A DNA stretch of 64,000 nt from Synechococcales cyanobacterium S06 (GCA_011391125.1 JAABRE010000007.1:30660-94659), one strand, 5' to 3'. Shown: positions 50,862-60,049, counted from the first letter of the stretch. The notes: generated from the sequence alone by a model not told the origin. Program-made: numbers and translations.

Positions 50862-50987
50862 TAAGTACGTGTTCATAATTAATTGTATAAATCTAAAAGC
50901 TCGTTGTTGCGCTTTAGCGCTACCAGCTCGAGAGGCGCAACAACAAACCTTCTTTATTTTTCACAATTAATTTTGCTTAGGTACTTA
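50862..50987. mobile_element. TAAGTA...TACTTA MITE upstream of pstS
   Basis: TAAGTACGTGTTCATAATTAATTG...GTTGTTGCGCTTTAGCGC...CAATTAATTTTGCTTAGGTACTTA. Confidence 0.8.
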
Positions 50988-51008
50988 ACGCTGGATAAAC
51001 CATTATCC

Positions 51009-51042
51009 AATGTCGAGAAGTTGCATACAACGTCTCGACATT
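51009..51042. repeat. REP-like palindrome
   Basis: AATGTCGAGAAGTTGCATACAACGTCTCGACATT. Confidence 0.65.
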
Positions 51043-51110
51043 TTGTGATTTACTCCCATGAAAACCGCTATTTTTGAAAAAAACAGTACCCTAGTCAGGA
51101 TAAACTAAGT

Positions 51111-51129
51111 AGTTTATGAATAGGTTAAG
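51111..51129 (-). promoter_or_regulatory. Putative Pho box (SphR site) upstream of pstS
   Basis: Minus strand CTTAACCT-ATT-CATAAACT, two octamers with an 11-bp period resembling PyTTAAPyPy(T/A); TACTGT candidate -10 at 51083-51088. Confidence 0.5.
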
Positions 51130-51253
51130 TGAAGAAGCGTAATTAGACTTACTTTCAAAAAAACAACCCCCCAAATCCCCTATTTAAGGAACTTGGGGGG
51201 GGTTGAGAAATCCGAAAGCCCCCCTTAGTTAAGGGGGTTGGGGGGATCAAAGC

Positions 51254-52888
51254 TTAGAACTTAAAGGTAGTACGAAGAGCACCTACCCAAATTTCACTGG
51301 CTCCGTCAACAGAATCAGGTTCAAGAATGACGTAAGCAGCAGGGGTAATTTGGATGTTGTCGGTAACTTGCCAACGATACTGAGCTTCAATGATATAGCC
51401 ATTACCACTATTTTCGATACCAGAATCAGAGCTAGTCAATGTCGGAGCTTGTCCACCGGCAAAACCTAAAACGTTACCTTCACCACCGAAATCGAGTAAG
51501 GCCAGATTAGCACCCCAGGTCAAAGTATCGGCGTTATCTCCGTCATAGACACCACTTTCAGCGTGAGCATTAACATAACCACCGAAAGCACCAAGGCTGA
51601 TTTTTTGTGCTGGTTTCCACTGACCGGAAAGACCGAAGTGATCGGCAGAAGTGGCCGCACCGAAGAAAGGAGTTTTAGCTAAGGTGCTACCAGTGCTACC
51701 AGAGAGGTTAACTTTGCCTCCGGGTTGGTAAGTATGGAGGTAAGCGAGACCAAAATCAAGATTTTTACCAAAGTTGAAATCTACCTGAGCACCTGCGGTA
51801 TAAGAACCATCGAATAAGCCATTGGTATTGCTGGGATCAGACGCGTTAGAACCTGTCAGGTAAAGGGCGGTTAAGGCAATGCTATCACTGAATTTGTATT
51901 GACCTGCGACACCAACACCCTCAGCTCCACCACTGCGGTAAACTGCGGGGTTATAACGGTTGAAACGGGACATTGCACCGCCTCCACTGCTTTCAAAGTA
52001 GGGGTTATGGGTATTGAAAACATCGTCGATGTCCAGACCGGCTGCACCCACCCAAATTTTGGCTTTGCTTCCCAATGGATAGCGGTAGTAAAGTTCATCA
52101 ATGGTAACATTGTTACCACCACTGGCTTCATGTCCTAAACTGGCCATGTCAGTACCTGTAGCTCTTGCCAATCCAGAGAAGTTACCTGCTTGTAAACGGG
52201 TTCTCAATAAATCTTTACCGGTGAAACTGGTATTGAGGTTTAAGCGAACACGATCGCTGAAGGTAACATTATCATCAATGTTTGTTCCATCGGGTCTCTC
52301 ATCACCATAAGCTCCAGCGGCTGTCATGATTACTTCACCGCTTAATTTGGTGGTGGTGGAGAACTGTTGTTTCTCGACCACGCCAACCCTTGCTTCTAAA
52401 TTGTCAACTCTTGCTCCGAGGGCTGCTAACTCAGCTTGAAACTCTTGAGTTAAGCGTTGGACTTGTGACATTTCTTCTTCTGTCAGTCCACGATCGCCAC
52501 CAGTACCAATGAGTCTTTCAATTTGTTGTAAACAAGAGTTTAAACCAGCGGCAAATTCATAACGGGTTAAAGGTTTATTGCCACGGAAAGTTCTGTCGGG
52601 ATAACCAGCGATACAGCCGTAACGTTCAACCAAGTTCCGTAAAGCTTCAAAAGCCCAGTCTCCGGGAGAAACGTCCCGCAGTTGAGAAACGCTGTTTACC
52701 TGAGACATGGCACCGTTTTGGTTTCCGCTGTCTTTGGAATAATTGTTAATTTCTTGCAAAATCTCGCTCGTGTTAGTAGTTGCTTCTTGGGCAAAACTGG
52801 GACTAACGGCTAAGAGAGAAGCTCCTAAAGCGACAGGAGTTGCTTTTAATAGTTGTTGAAATAATTTAGACATATGATCAAACCTCAC
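51254..52888 (-). CDS. Cyanobacterial outer-membrane porin (SLH domain plus OprB-type barrel)
   Basis: SVSQLRDVSPGDWAFEAL...YGCIAGYPD...TRYEFAAGLN, QFSTTTKLSGE and the C-terminal LRTTFKF. Confidence 0.95.
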   Translation of the reverse strand: MRFDHMSKLFQQLLKATPVALGASLLAVSPSFAQEATTNTSEILQEINNYSKDSGNQNGAMSQVNSVSQLRDVSPGDWAFEALRNLVERYGCIAGYPDRTFRGNKPLTRYEFAAGLNSCLQQIERLIGTGGDRGLTEEEMSQVQRLTQEFQAELAALGARVDNLEARVGVVEKQQFSTTTKLSGEVIMTAAGAYGDERPDGTNIDDNVTFSDRVRLNLNTSFTGKDLLRTRLQAGNFSGLARATGTDMASLGHEASGGNNVTIDELYYRYPLGSKAKIWVGAAGLDIDDVFNTHNPYFESSGGGAMSRFNRYNPAVYRSGGAEGVGVAGQYKFSDSIALTALYLTGSNASDPSNTNGLFDGSYTAGAQVDFNFGKNLDFGLAYLHTYQPGGKVNLSGSTGSTLAKTPFFGAATSADHFGLSGQWKPAQKISLGAFGGYVNAHAESGVYDGDNADTLTWGANLALLDFGGEGNVLGFAGGQAPTLTSSDSGIENSGNGYIIEAQYRWQVTDNIQITPAAYVILEPDSVDGASEIWVGALRTTFKF

Positions 52889-53125
52889 ACCTAATTTTGT
52901 TTGATTGACGTACCCAGGTTCTGAAATGTTCCGAATTTTTTTGTGATTCGGAAAAGTCGGTTCTGCGATCGCAGTTGAGACTTGATAATCAGAATACCAT
53001 TACTATAACATAAAAATTTTTTTAGTTATAGTTTTCTAGTACACCTATAAAAACATAATAACACCAAATTAAGTTTTTTTGGTTAGGGTTAAGCGCGAAA
53101 GGATATCTCAATTCCCACTAAGAAC

Positions 53126-53779
53126 TTGGCTTCAGTATATAATGACAGGAAAATTATAGTTATTGTTAAGATTATGTCATTATTTTCATTGCCGGCGATC
53201 GCCACTTTAGAAGCATCTCTTAAGGATACCGAAGAAAAATTGACCTTTACAGGGGTAAGTTGGGAAAAATATGAGCAGTTACTTGCGGACTTGGGAGATA
53301 GCTCAACTTATCGGACTATTTATTTAGAGGGAGTTTTGGAAATTATGTCTCCGAGTCGTCGTCATGAAGTTAGCAAAGAAAGTATTGGTAGAATACTCGA
53401 AGTTTACCTAGAAAAGGCGCAACTTGATTTTTGGGGATTAGGTTCAACGACCTTACGTCGTCAAGAAGGTGAAGCAGGCAAAGAACCTGATAAATGTTAC
53501 TGTCTTTATACTGATAAGACAATGCCCGATCTAGCCATTGAGGTAATTATCACAAGTGGTAGGAAAAAACTCATTTTAGAGGTATATCGTCGGTTGGGAA
53601 TTAAAGAGGTTTGGTTGTGGCAAAATGAGGACTTAAAGGTTTATTCTCTACAAAATAATGAATATTTTTTAAGTGAAAAAAGCATTTTATTACCAGATTT
53701 AGATTTAGAATTATTAGCCCAATATATTAATCATCCTAATCCTCGTTTGGCAATGAAGGAATTTAGAGAGAACTTGTAA
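53126..53779 (+). CDS. Uma2 family endonuclease (likely start ATG 53174)
   Basis: GVSWEKY, LEIMSP, GSTT, EPDKCY, PDLAIEV and YRRLGIKEVW motifs. Confidence 0.92.
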   Translation: MASVYNDRKIIVIVKIMSLFSLPAIATLEASLKDTEEKLTFTGVSWEKYEQLLADLGDSSTYRTIYLEGVLEIMSPSRRHEVSKESIGRILEVYLEKAQLDFWGLGSTTLRRQEGEAGKEPDKCYCLYTDKTMPDLAIEVIITSGRKKLILEVYRRLGIKEVWLWQNEDLKVYSLQNNEYFLSEKSILLPDLDLELLAQYINHPNPRLAMKEFRENL

Positions 53780-53788
53780 CCATTGTTT

Positions 53789-53838
53789 GTTGTCGATGCT
53801 CTAGCCCTAACTCTACTTAGGGCTAGAGCATCGACAAC
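53789..53838. repeat. Perfect 22-bp-stem palindrome after the Uma2 stop (repeat variant, possible terminator)
   Basis: GTTGTCGATGCTCTAGCCCTAA-CTCTAC-TTAGGGCTAGAGCATCGACAAC. Confidence 0.85.
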
Positions 53839-53876
53839 GAGCCAATCTGCTAATTAATATTACGAAGAAACTTATA

Positions 53877-54004
53877 TATAGTAATTCCAAATAAAAATTA
53901 AACAAAAGTTTTTAGTTTGTTGTTGGACTTTAGTCCTAAGAAGCGCTAAAGCGCAACTACGAACCTATTTTTTAACTGTTCTAATCTTAATTGGAATTAC
54001 TATA
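53877..54004. mobile_element. TATAGTAATT-family MITE
   Basis: Terminal inverted repeats TATAGTAATTCCAA...TTGGAATTACTATA with an internal GCGCTAAAGCGCAACTACGAAC; related to 48137-48409. Confidence 0.8.
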
Positions 54005-54122
54005 ATTTCTGTAAAATAGTTGGCCAGGTTAAATTTTCAGCATAATTTTGTTTGGTAAAGATAGGTCTGTCGATTTAAGAAACTGCTGCCCAGAAGGTGG
54101 GCAGTTTTTGATGGTAATTTCC

Positions 54123-55184
54123 CTATTTTTGCTTAGGTAGGCGAGGATTATTCTGGTTAATTGGTCCTAATATTTTGTTTAAAATGCGCAGTTGTTCTGC
54201 TGTTCCCATGCAAATTAGCGAGTCTCCCGATAAGATTTGGGTGTCTCCCATGGGACCTGCAATTAGATTACCTTCATTGCGACGTATGGCTAAAACTAGC
54301 GCTCCTGAATGAGACCTCAACTTTGCTTCACTTAGGGTTTGACCGACAAAGGGACAATTTTCAGCGTCGATTTTAAATTCTTCCAAATAATAGGCTGTTT
54401 TACTGCCCGCAAGGATTCCGTCAACAAAATCCATGACTTGGGGTCGTAAAGCAGCTGCGGCTAAACGCTTTCCTCCGGTAATATAAGGGGAAATGACTGT
54501 ATCTGCTCCTGCGCGTTTCATTTTTTGGACGGCTTCTTCCGTACTTGCCCGGGCGATCGCCCGAATTTGGGGATTTAAGCTTTTTGCCGAGAGAATCGTG
54601 TAGAGATTATCGGCATCGGAACGTAAGGCGGCGACTAAACAGACTGCTTGCTCAATTTTAGCGGCGGATAAGCTTTCGTCTAAGGTTGCGTCTCCTTGAA
54701 GGGTAATAAAACCAAGTTGTTTGGCTTTTTCGAGTTCTTCTAAGTCCATGTCGATTAGTACAAAAGGGATTCCTTCGGCCTGAAATTCCAGAGCCACTTG
54801 GCGACCGGTTCGACCAAAGCCACAAACGATGTAATGTTGGGAGAGACTTGCAATCAATTTTTTTTGCTGATTTAAGATTATTCTTTCTTGAAAATAACCT
54901 TGAATGATGGCTTCTGTAAAGAGATTTACGATATAACCGATGGTGAATAATCCCGTTAAAATTAAACCACTGGTAAAAATGCGGGATTTTGGTCCCAGGG
55001 GATGAGTTTCGCCGAAACCCACGGTGGAAAGGGTGACAATGGTCATGTAAGCTGAGTCTAATATAGTCCAGCCCTCTACTAAGTAATACCATAAAGTGCC
55101 TGCTAGAAATAGGCTTCCCAGTAAGAGAAGGCTGAAGAATAATTGTTCTTTTAATTGTTGATATTTTTTGCCTAGTGATAACAA
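54123..55184 (-). CDS. Potassium channel protein with TrkA-N/C (RCK) domains
   Basis: Two TM segments, selectivity filter STVGFGE, CGFGRTG and GDAT. Confidence 0.93.
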   Translation of the reverse strand: MLSLGKKYQQLKEQLFFSLLLLGSLFLAGTLWYYLVEGWTILDSAYMTIVTLSTVGFGETHPLGPKSRIFTSGLILTGLFTIGYIVNLFTEAIIQGYFQERIILNQQKKLIASLSQHYIVCGFGRTGRQVALEFQAEGIPFVLIDMDLEELEKAKQLGFITLQGDATLDESLSAAKIEQAVCLVAALRSDADNLYTILSAKSLNPQIRAIARASTEEAVQKMKRAGADTVISPYITGGKRLAAAALRPQVMDFVDGILAGSKTAYYLEEFKIDAENCPFVGQTLSEAKLRSHSGALVLAIRRNEGNLIAGPMGDTQILSGDSLICMGTAEQLRILNKILGPINQNNPRLPKQK

Positions 55185-55292
55185 GTTTTTTCGCCTATTT
55201 TAAAATATAGAGATTTACAGATATTTTTTAGATCAAAAGGTAGCTTAGTTTAATTAAAATTTTGGTTAAGATTGCCGATGACAATTAACCAT

Positions 55293-55446
55293 TAAGTAGA
55301 TGGTCATAATTAATTGTCTAAATCTAAAAGTTTGTTGTTGCGTGTAGGGGCACTTCGGCCGGAGTTCCCCTACATAAGATAGCGCGCACAGTGCAGCAAC
55401 AACAAACCTTCTTTATTTTTGACAATAAATTTTGCTTAGATGCTTA
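55293..55446. mobile_element. TAAGTA-family MITE with a GTAG palindrome insert (55344-55373)
   Basis: TAAGTAGATGGTCATAATTAATTG...GTAGGGGCACTTCGGCCGGAGTTCCCCTAC...TTTTGCTTAGATGCTTA. Confidence 0.78.
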
Positions 55447-55491
55447 ACAATTAACAATTGATAATTAACAATTCATGATTAGGAGTTTTTT

Positions 55492-56745
55492 GTGAGTAAT
55501 TCAATTTTAGTGGAAAATCCCCCCACAAGTTTTAATCAAGATCAGTTTAACACCTATGTGATGAACACTTATGGCCGTTTTCCGGTTGCGATTACTAAAG
55601 GGGAAGGGTGTCGTTTGTGGGATACCAATGGTAATGAATATCTGGATTTTGTGGCGGGAATTGCCACTTGTACTTTAGGTCATGCTCACCCCGCTTTGAT
55701 TAAAACTGTCACTGAGCAAATCCAAAAGTTACACCATATTTCTAATTTATACTACATTCCTGAACAGGGGGAGTTGGCGCAATGGCTGGTTGAACATTCC
55801 TGCGCTGATAAGGTATTTTTCTGTAATTCCGGTGCGGAAGCTAATGAAGCAGCCATCAAGTTGGTGCGGAAATATGCCCATACGGTGCAGGATTTTTTAG
55901 AACAACCAGTTATTTTGACTGCTAAGGATAGTTTCCATGGTCGGACTTTGGCCACTGTAACAGCAACTGGTCAACCGAAGTATCAGAAGCATTTTGAACC
56001 TTTAGTTCCGGGGTTTGAGTATGTCCCCTACAATGACATTGAGGCCGTGGAAAATGCGATCGCCGATATTGATGAAGGCAACCGTAGGGTAGCAGCGATT
56101 ATGCTAGAACCTTTACAGGGTGAAGGTGGAGTGCGTCCGGGAGATTTGGACTATTTCCTCAGATTGCGTCAAATTTGCGACGAAAATAGTATTTTGTTGG
56201 TTTTTGATGAAGTCCAAGTCGGAGTTGGCCGTACTGGGAAACTTTGGGGTTATGAAAATTTGGGTGTTGAACCTGACATCTTGACTAGCGCTAAGGGTTT
56301 AGCGGGGGGTATTCCCATCGGTGCTATGATGTGTAAGGATTTCTGCGATGTGTTTGAACCCGGCAACCATGCGAGTACCTTCGGAGGAAACCCGTTTGTT
56401 TGTGCCGCAGCGTTGACTGTTTTGAAAACTATCGAAACAGACAATATTTTACACAATGTTCAAGCACGGGGTGAACAATTACGCACTAATTTGAGGGCGA
56501 TCGCCAATAAGTATCCTCAATTATTCAGCGATGTCCGTGGTTGGGGTTTAATCAACGGCATGGAAATTAAGGCCGATGTTGAGTTAACGTCTCTGGTTTT
56601 GGTGGAAGCAGCTATGAAAGCGGGTTTGTTGCTTGCGCCAGCCGGTCCCAAAGTGTTGCGTTTTGTGCCTCCTTTAATTGTTTCTGAAGCTGAAATCAAT
56701 CAAGCTACGGAAATTTTAGATCAGGTTATTGCTTCTGTTCTTTAA
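55492..56745 (+). CDS. argD: Acetylornithine aminotransferase
   Basis: MNTYGR, YLDFVAGIA, FCNSGAEANEAA, SFHGRT, EPLQGEGG, DEVQ, AKGLAGG and HASTFGGN motifs. Confidence 0.93.
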   Translation: MSNSILVENPPTSFNQDQFNTYVMNTYGRFPVAITKGEGCRLWDTNGNEYLDFVAGIATCTLGHAHPALIKTVTEQIQKLHHISNLYYIPEQGELAQWLVEHSCADKVFFCNSGAEANEAAIKLVRKYAHTVQDFLEQPVILTAKDSFHGRTLATVTATGQPKYQKHFEPLVPGFEYVPYNDIEAVENAIADIDEGNRRVAAIMLEPLQGEGGVRPGDLDYFLRLRQICDENSILLVFDEVQVGVGRTGKLWGYENLGVEPDILTSAKGLAGGIPIGAMMCKDFCDVFEPGNHASTFGGNPFVCAAALTVLKTIETDNILHNVQARGEQLRTNLRAIANKYPQLFSDVRGWGLINGMEIKADVELTSLVLVEAAMKAGLLLAPAGPKVLRFVPPLIVSEAEINQATEILDQVIASVL

Positions 56746-56833
56746 TTCATTAAAAATCCGATTTTTATCAAAAATCGGATTTTTGAGTTTACTGATTATA
56801 ATCGTAAATGTTGACAACTAAATAAGGGGTTAA

Positions 56834-57292
56834 ATGATGGTACAAACTCAAGCAGAAATTAGTCTTAAGGACTTGTATGAAATTGACGAATATTTATGGT
56901 TAGAGAAAAGTATTGAGTTAATCAAAAATAAGCAATATAATCAGCTAGATTTTGACCATTTATTAGAGGAGTTAGAGGAATTGAGTCGTCGAGATAGAGC
57001 TACTATTAAAAGTTACGTTGAATTAATTATTCTTCATCTGTTATTACTCCAATATTGGCGAGAAGAATACAATTATAATGCGAACCATTGGCAAATAGAA
57101 ATTATTAATTTTAGGAGTCGTTTAGAAACAAGATTAACTAAAACCTTTCGTAATTATTTAGAAGAAAATTTAGATAATATCTATAAAACGGCTTTTAAAG
57201 TTGCTACGAAAAAAACCAATAATCAGATTAATTTTCCTCAAATTTGTCCCTATACTTTAGAGCAGATTTTGGATGATGATTTTATTTTTTAA
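56834..57292 (+). CDS. DUF29 domain protein
   Basis: LYEIDEYLW...LDFDHLLEELEEL...HLLLLQYW...FPQICPYTLEQILD. Confidence 0.9.
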   Translation: MMVQTQAEISLKDLYEIDEYLWLEKSIELIKNKQYNQLDFDHLLEELEELSRRDRATIKSYVELIILHLLLLQYWREEYNYNANHWQIEIINFRSRLETRLTKTFRNYLEENLDNIYKTAFKVATKKTNNQINFPQICPYTLEQILDDDFIF

Positions 57293-57367
57293 TAATAAAA
57301 AATGGTGGGTTACAACGGATATTTAATTTGAAAATTTACCTCGATATTTTCCCCAGTCTAACCCACC

Positions 57368-57931
57368 CTACATAATTATTTTTGTTAAGGTTTCTAGCCT
57401 TTTTTGATATTCAAAATCGTCGAAAACAGGAGTTAAATTATCCTCTGAAATTTGCTCTAATAAGTTAAGCCAAGATCGACAACCGCTATATTCTTGAGAG
57501 TAGGAAATAGTGACAGGTTGCGGTAAGTTATATACCCGAAGTAGGAGGATATTTAAAGGTTGTTTAGGTTTGAATTTTAGGCGATCGCTGATAAATTTTT
57601 CGTTCCAAATATGGTAGGGTAATAAATTATTAATAATTTCAGGATCGTCTATTAAAAAAGAGTGTGTTACACTAGCTTTACCTTTAATTTCTACCGTTTC
57701 TGGATGCCAACCTGATGTTACAGGAGTAACAAATTCACGGTAATTTTCCTTTAAAAGTTCAGGTTTTTGGTGTTCAAAAGTGGGGTATAACCAGAAGTTT
57801 TCTTGTTCTAATTTAAAGCCTTTACCTATCTCTTTTATACCTCCTTTTCTCAGTAATAAAATCATTGTACCTTCACTTAAAGCATTAACTGCGACATCCC
57901 ATTCTTTTAAAGCCAGATTATTTTGATTCAT
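57368..57931 (-). CDS. DUF1802 family protein
   Basis: ALKEW, LLRKGGI, LYPTFEHQ and YSGCRSW motifs. Confidence 0.9.
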   Translation of the reverse strand: MNQNNLALKEWDVAVNALSEGTMILLLRKGGIKEIGKGFKLEQENFWLYPTFEHQKPELLKENYREFVTPVTSGWHPETVEIKGKASVTHSFLIDDPEIINNLLPYHIWNEKFISDRLKFKPKQPLNILLLRVYNLPQPVTISYSQEYSGCRSWLNLLEQISEDNLTPVFDDFEYQKRLETLTKIIM

Positions 57932-58012
57932 AGTTAAAATATAAGATAATTATAAACATCTGGCATTTTAGCAACTGTTTTGCTTAACATTTGTGGATAA
58001 TTAAATAAATAT

Positions 58013-58118
58013 TATAGTATTTTTAGTTGATATTGTACCTCTTTTTTCCCCATCTCTCTTTGGGATGAGGGGATTGGAGGGTGAGGGGGTATATAATACT
58101 TAATCAGAAAATGCTATA
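58013..58118. mobile_element. TATAGC-family MITE ending 20 bp before the next start codon
   Basis: TATAGTATTTTTAGTTGA...TTTGGGATGAGGG...TAATCAGAAAATGCTATA. Confidence 0.78.
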
Positions 58119-58138
58119 TAACTAATCAAAGATATATT

Positions 58139-59179
58139 ATGACTTCCCAAGGTATTTATACATTAGCGAATGATGTTGTTTCTGACCAGCTTGTAGCTTT
58201 ATTAAATAGCATTGAAAGGAATGTTAGTCCAGATATTCCTATTTGTGTCATTCCCTATGATGACCGACTTGAAAAAGTAAAAAAAGAAATTGATTTAAGA
58301 CAAAATGTAACTTTATTTGATAATCAAGAATCCATTAAACGTTGGGAAAATTTTGCCCAAGTCGTTTGGTCTAATCATCCAAGAGCAAGTCAAACTAATT
58401 TAAAATTACCTAATTGGTATGGAGGACATTTACAAAGAAAATTTGTCGCTTTTGATGGTGAATTTGAGAAGTTTGTCTTTTATGATGGTGATAGTTTGGC
58501 CATGAAACCTCTTGATAATCTTTTTGAAAAACTTAACACCTATGATTTTGTTTTTGATGATTGGGAACATAAAAAACCTACCCCAGTAGCAGCTTTAAAT
58601 ATAGCTAAAATTGAAGCTTCAGGTTTATATCAAGAAGCAGATATTCGTCCGAAACTTCACTGTGGGAGTTTTTTTGCTTCTAAAAAAGGCCTATTTAATG
58701 ATAAAGAAATTAAATCTTTCCAAAAATTACTGATAGAAAAAAGAGAAATTGAATGGATTAATGGGGATGATTGGTGGGGAGAAGTTAATTTATTTAATTA
58801 TTTAACTTTACGAAGCGATCGCCCCCTTTATAACTTTACTTTAAGTGAAAATGCACAAGATCGCACGGGAAATTGTGCCGGTGTCGATCCGTTTGTAAAT
58901 ATTGATAATGTGCTTTACAATAAACAGGGATTAAAACCGATTCATCGGCTTCATTACATGAATTATTCATCTAAAGATTTTGCTCGTTTATGTCAGGGAT
59001 ATGATGTTGATATTGGCTATAAAGAGGAGTTTTTATATTACCGTTTTTGGAAAAATCCTGAACAAAGACCAAAGTATTTAAAACCACAGGATAAAACCGA
59101 ACAAATTAAACAGAAAATTACCAATAAAGGTCAGCACATGAAAGCTTGGTTTTACCGTAATTTTCAGAAAAAATGTTAA
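58139..59179 (+). CDS. Npun_R2821/Npun_R2822-like protein (putative sugar transferase)
   Basis: GIYTLAND...ALLNSIE...CVIPYDD, FYDGDSL and LHYM motifs. Confidence 0.75.
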   Translation: MTSQGIYTLANDVVSDQLVALLNSIERNVSPDIPICVIPYDDRLEKVKKEIDLRQNVTLFDNQESIKRWENFAQVVWSNHPRASQTNLKLPNWYGGHLQRKFVAFDGEFEKFVFYDGDSLAMKPLDNLFEKLNTYDFVFDDWEHKKPTPVAALNIAKIEASGLYQEADIRPKLHCGSFFASKKGLFNDKEIKSFQKLLIEKREIEWINGDDWWGEVNLFNYLTLRSDRPLYNFTLSENAQDRTGNCAGVDPFVNIDNVLYNKQGLKPIHRLHYMNYSSKDFARLCQGYDVDIGYKEEFLYYRFWKNPEQRPKYLKPQDKTEQIKQKITNKGQHMKAWFYRNFQKKC

Positions 59180-59202
59180 TAGACTTTTTGGAGGAATAAT
59201 AG

Positions 59203-59565
59203 ATGTTTGATTATGAATCTGCGAGGCGTTATCTGCGAGAAAAACAAGAATCTTTGCACCGAAAACGGCTTAATTTATGGACAAAAGCTAAACAAGATAG
59301 TGATAATATTATTAAGATGATTCGGGAAAAATACGAACCAGAAAAAATTATTCAATGGGGTTCAGTTTTGGAATCAAAACATTTTTCCGAAGCTTCCGAC
59401 ATTGATTTGGCCGTGGTAGGAATAGATAGTATAAAGTTTATGGGATTATTGGCGGATGCTGAAGATTTGACGGATTTTCCTTTAGATTTAATTAAGTGGG
59501 AAAATATCCATCCCTCATTTCAAAAAATCATTTTAATGAAAGGGAAAATTGTCTATGAAAAGTGA
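59203..59565 (+). CDS. Minimal nucleotidyltransferase (MNT; antitoxin-like)
   Basis: WGSVL...SDIDLAV motif (GS followed by DxD). Confidence 0.88.
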   Translation: MFDYESARRYLREKQESLHRKRLNLWTKAKQDSDNIIKMIREKYEPEKIIQWGSVLESKHFSEASDIDLAVVGIDSIKFMGLLADAEDLTDFPLDLIKWENIHPSFQKIILMKGKIVYEK

Positions 59566-60049
59566 GGAATTGTTATTATTAGTAGGGGAAATAAAAGAGA
59601 GTCAAATTGTACTTAAGAATATAGATAATTTGTATGTTTCCTATAGTCCCATGTTTACAGATGAAAATAAAAGAGATTTAAGGGATGCTGTGTTATTAGC
59701 AGACATTCTGTGTAATACTTATACCTGTGTGGAAACCGTATTATTTCGCATTTCTAGGATGTTTGAAAATCATTTAGATAGTCAACAATGGCACAAAGAA
59801 TTATTAAGAAAAATGCGTATTGAGATACCAGGTATTCGCAAAGCTGTTTTGTCTCGTGAATCTTATCAACTATTAGATGAATTGAGGAGATTTCGACACT
59901 TTAAAAGATACTATTATGATTTTGAATATGACTGGTCTCGGTTAGACTATCTGAGAGTAATCTATGAAAGATTAGCACCCTTGATTCAAAACGAGTTGGA
60001 AAATTATCTCAATTTTTTACAGGAATGTGTAAATACAGACTATGGTTAG
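59549..60049 (+). CDS. HEPN/HepT-like ribonuclease toxin
   Basis: WHKELL and LDELRRFRHFKRYYY; overlaps the MNT gene. Confidence 0.8.
   Translation: MSMKSEELLLLVGEIKESQIVLKNIDNLYVSYSPMFTDENKRDLRDAVLLADILCNTYTCVETVLFRISRMFENHLDSQQWHKELLRKMRIEIPGIRKAVLSRESYQLLDELRRFRHFKRYYYDFEYDWSRLDYLRVIYERLAPLIQNELENYLNFLQECVNTDYG

Noticed and set aside
50779..51077. Short plus-strand ORFs upstream of pstS
   Set aside because: They are derived from MITE and palindrome sequence.
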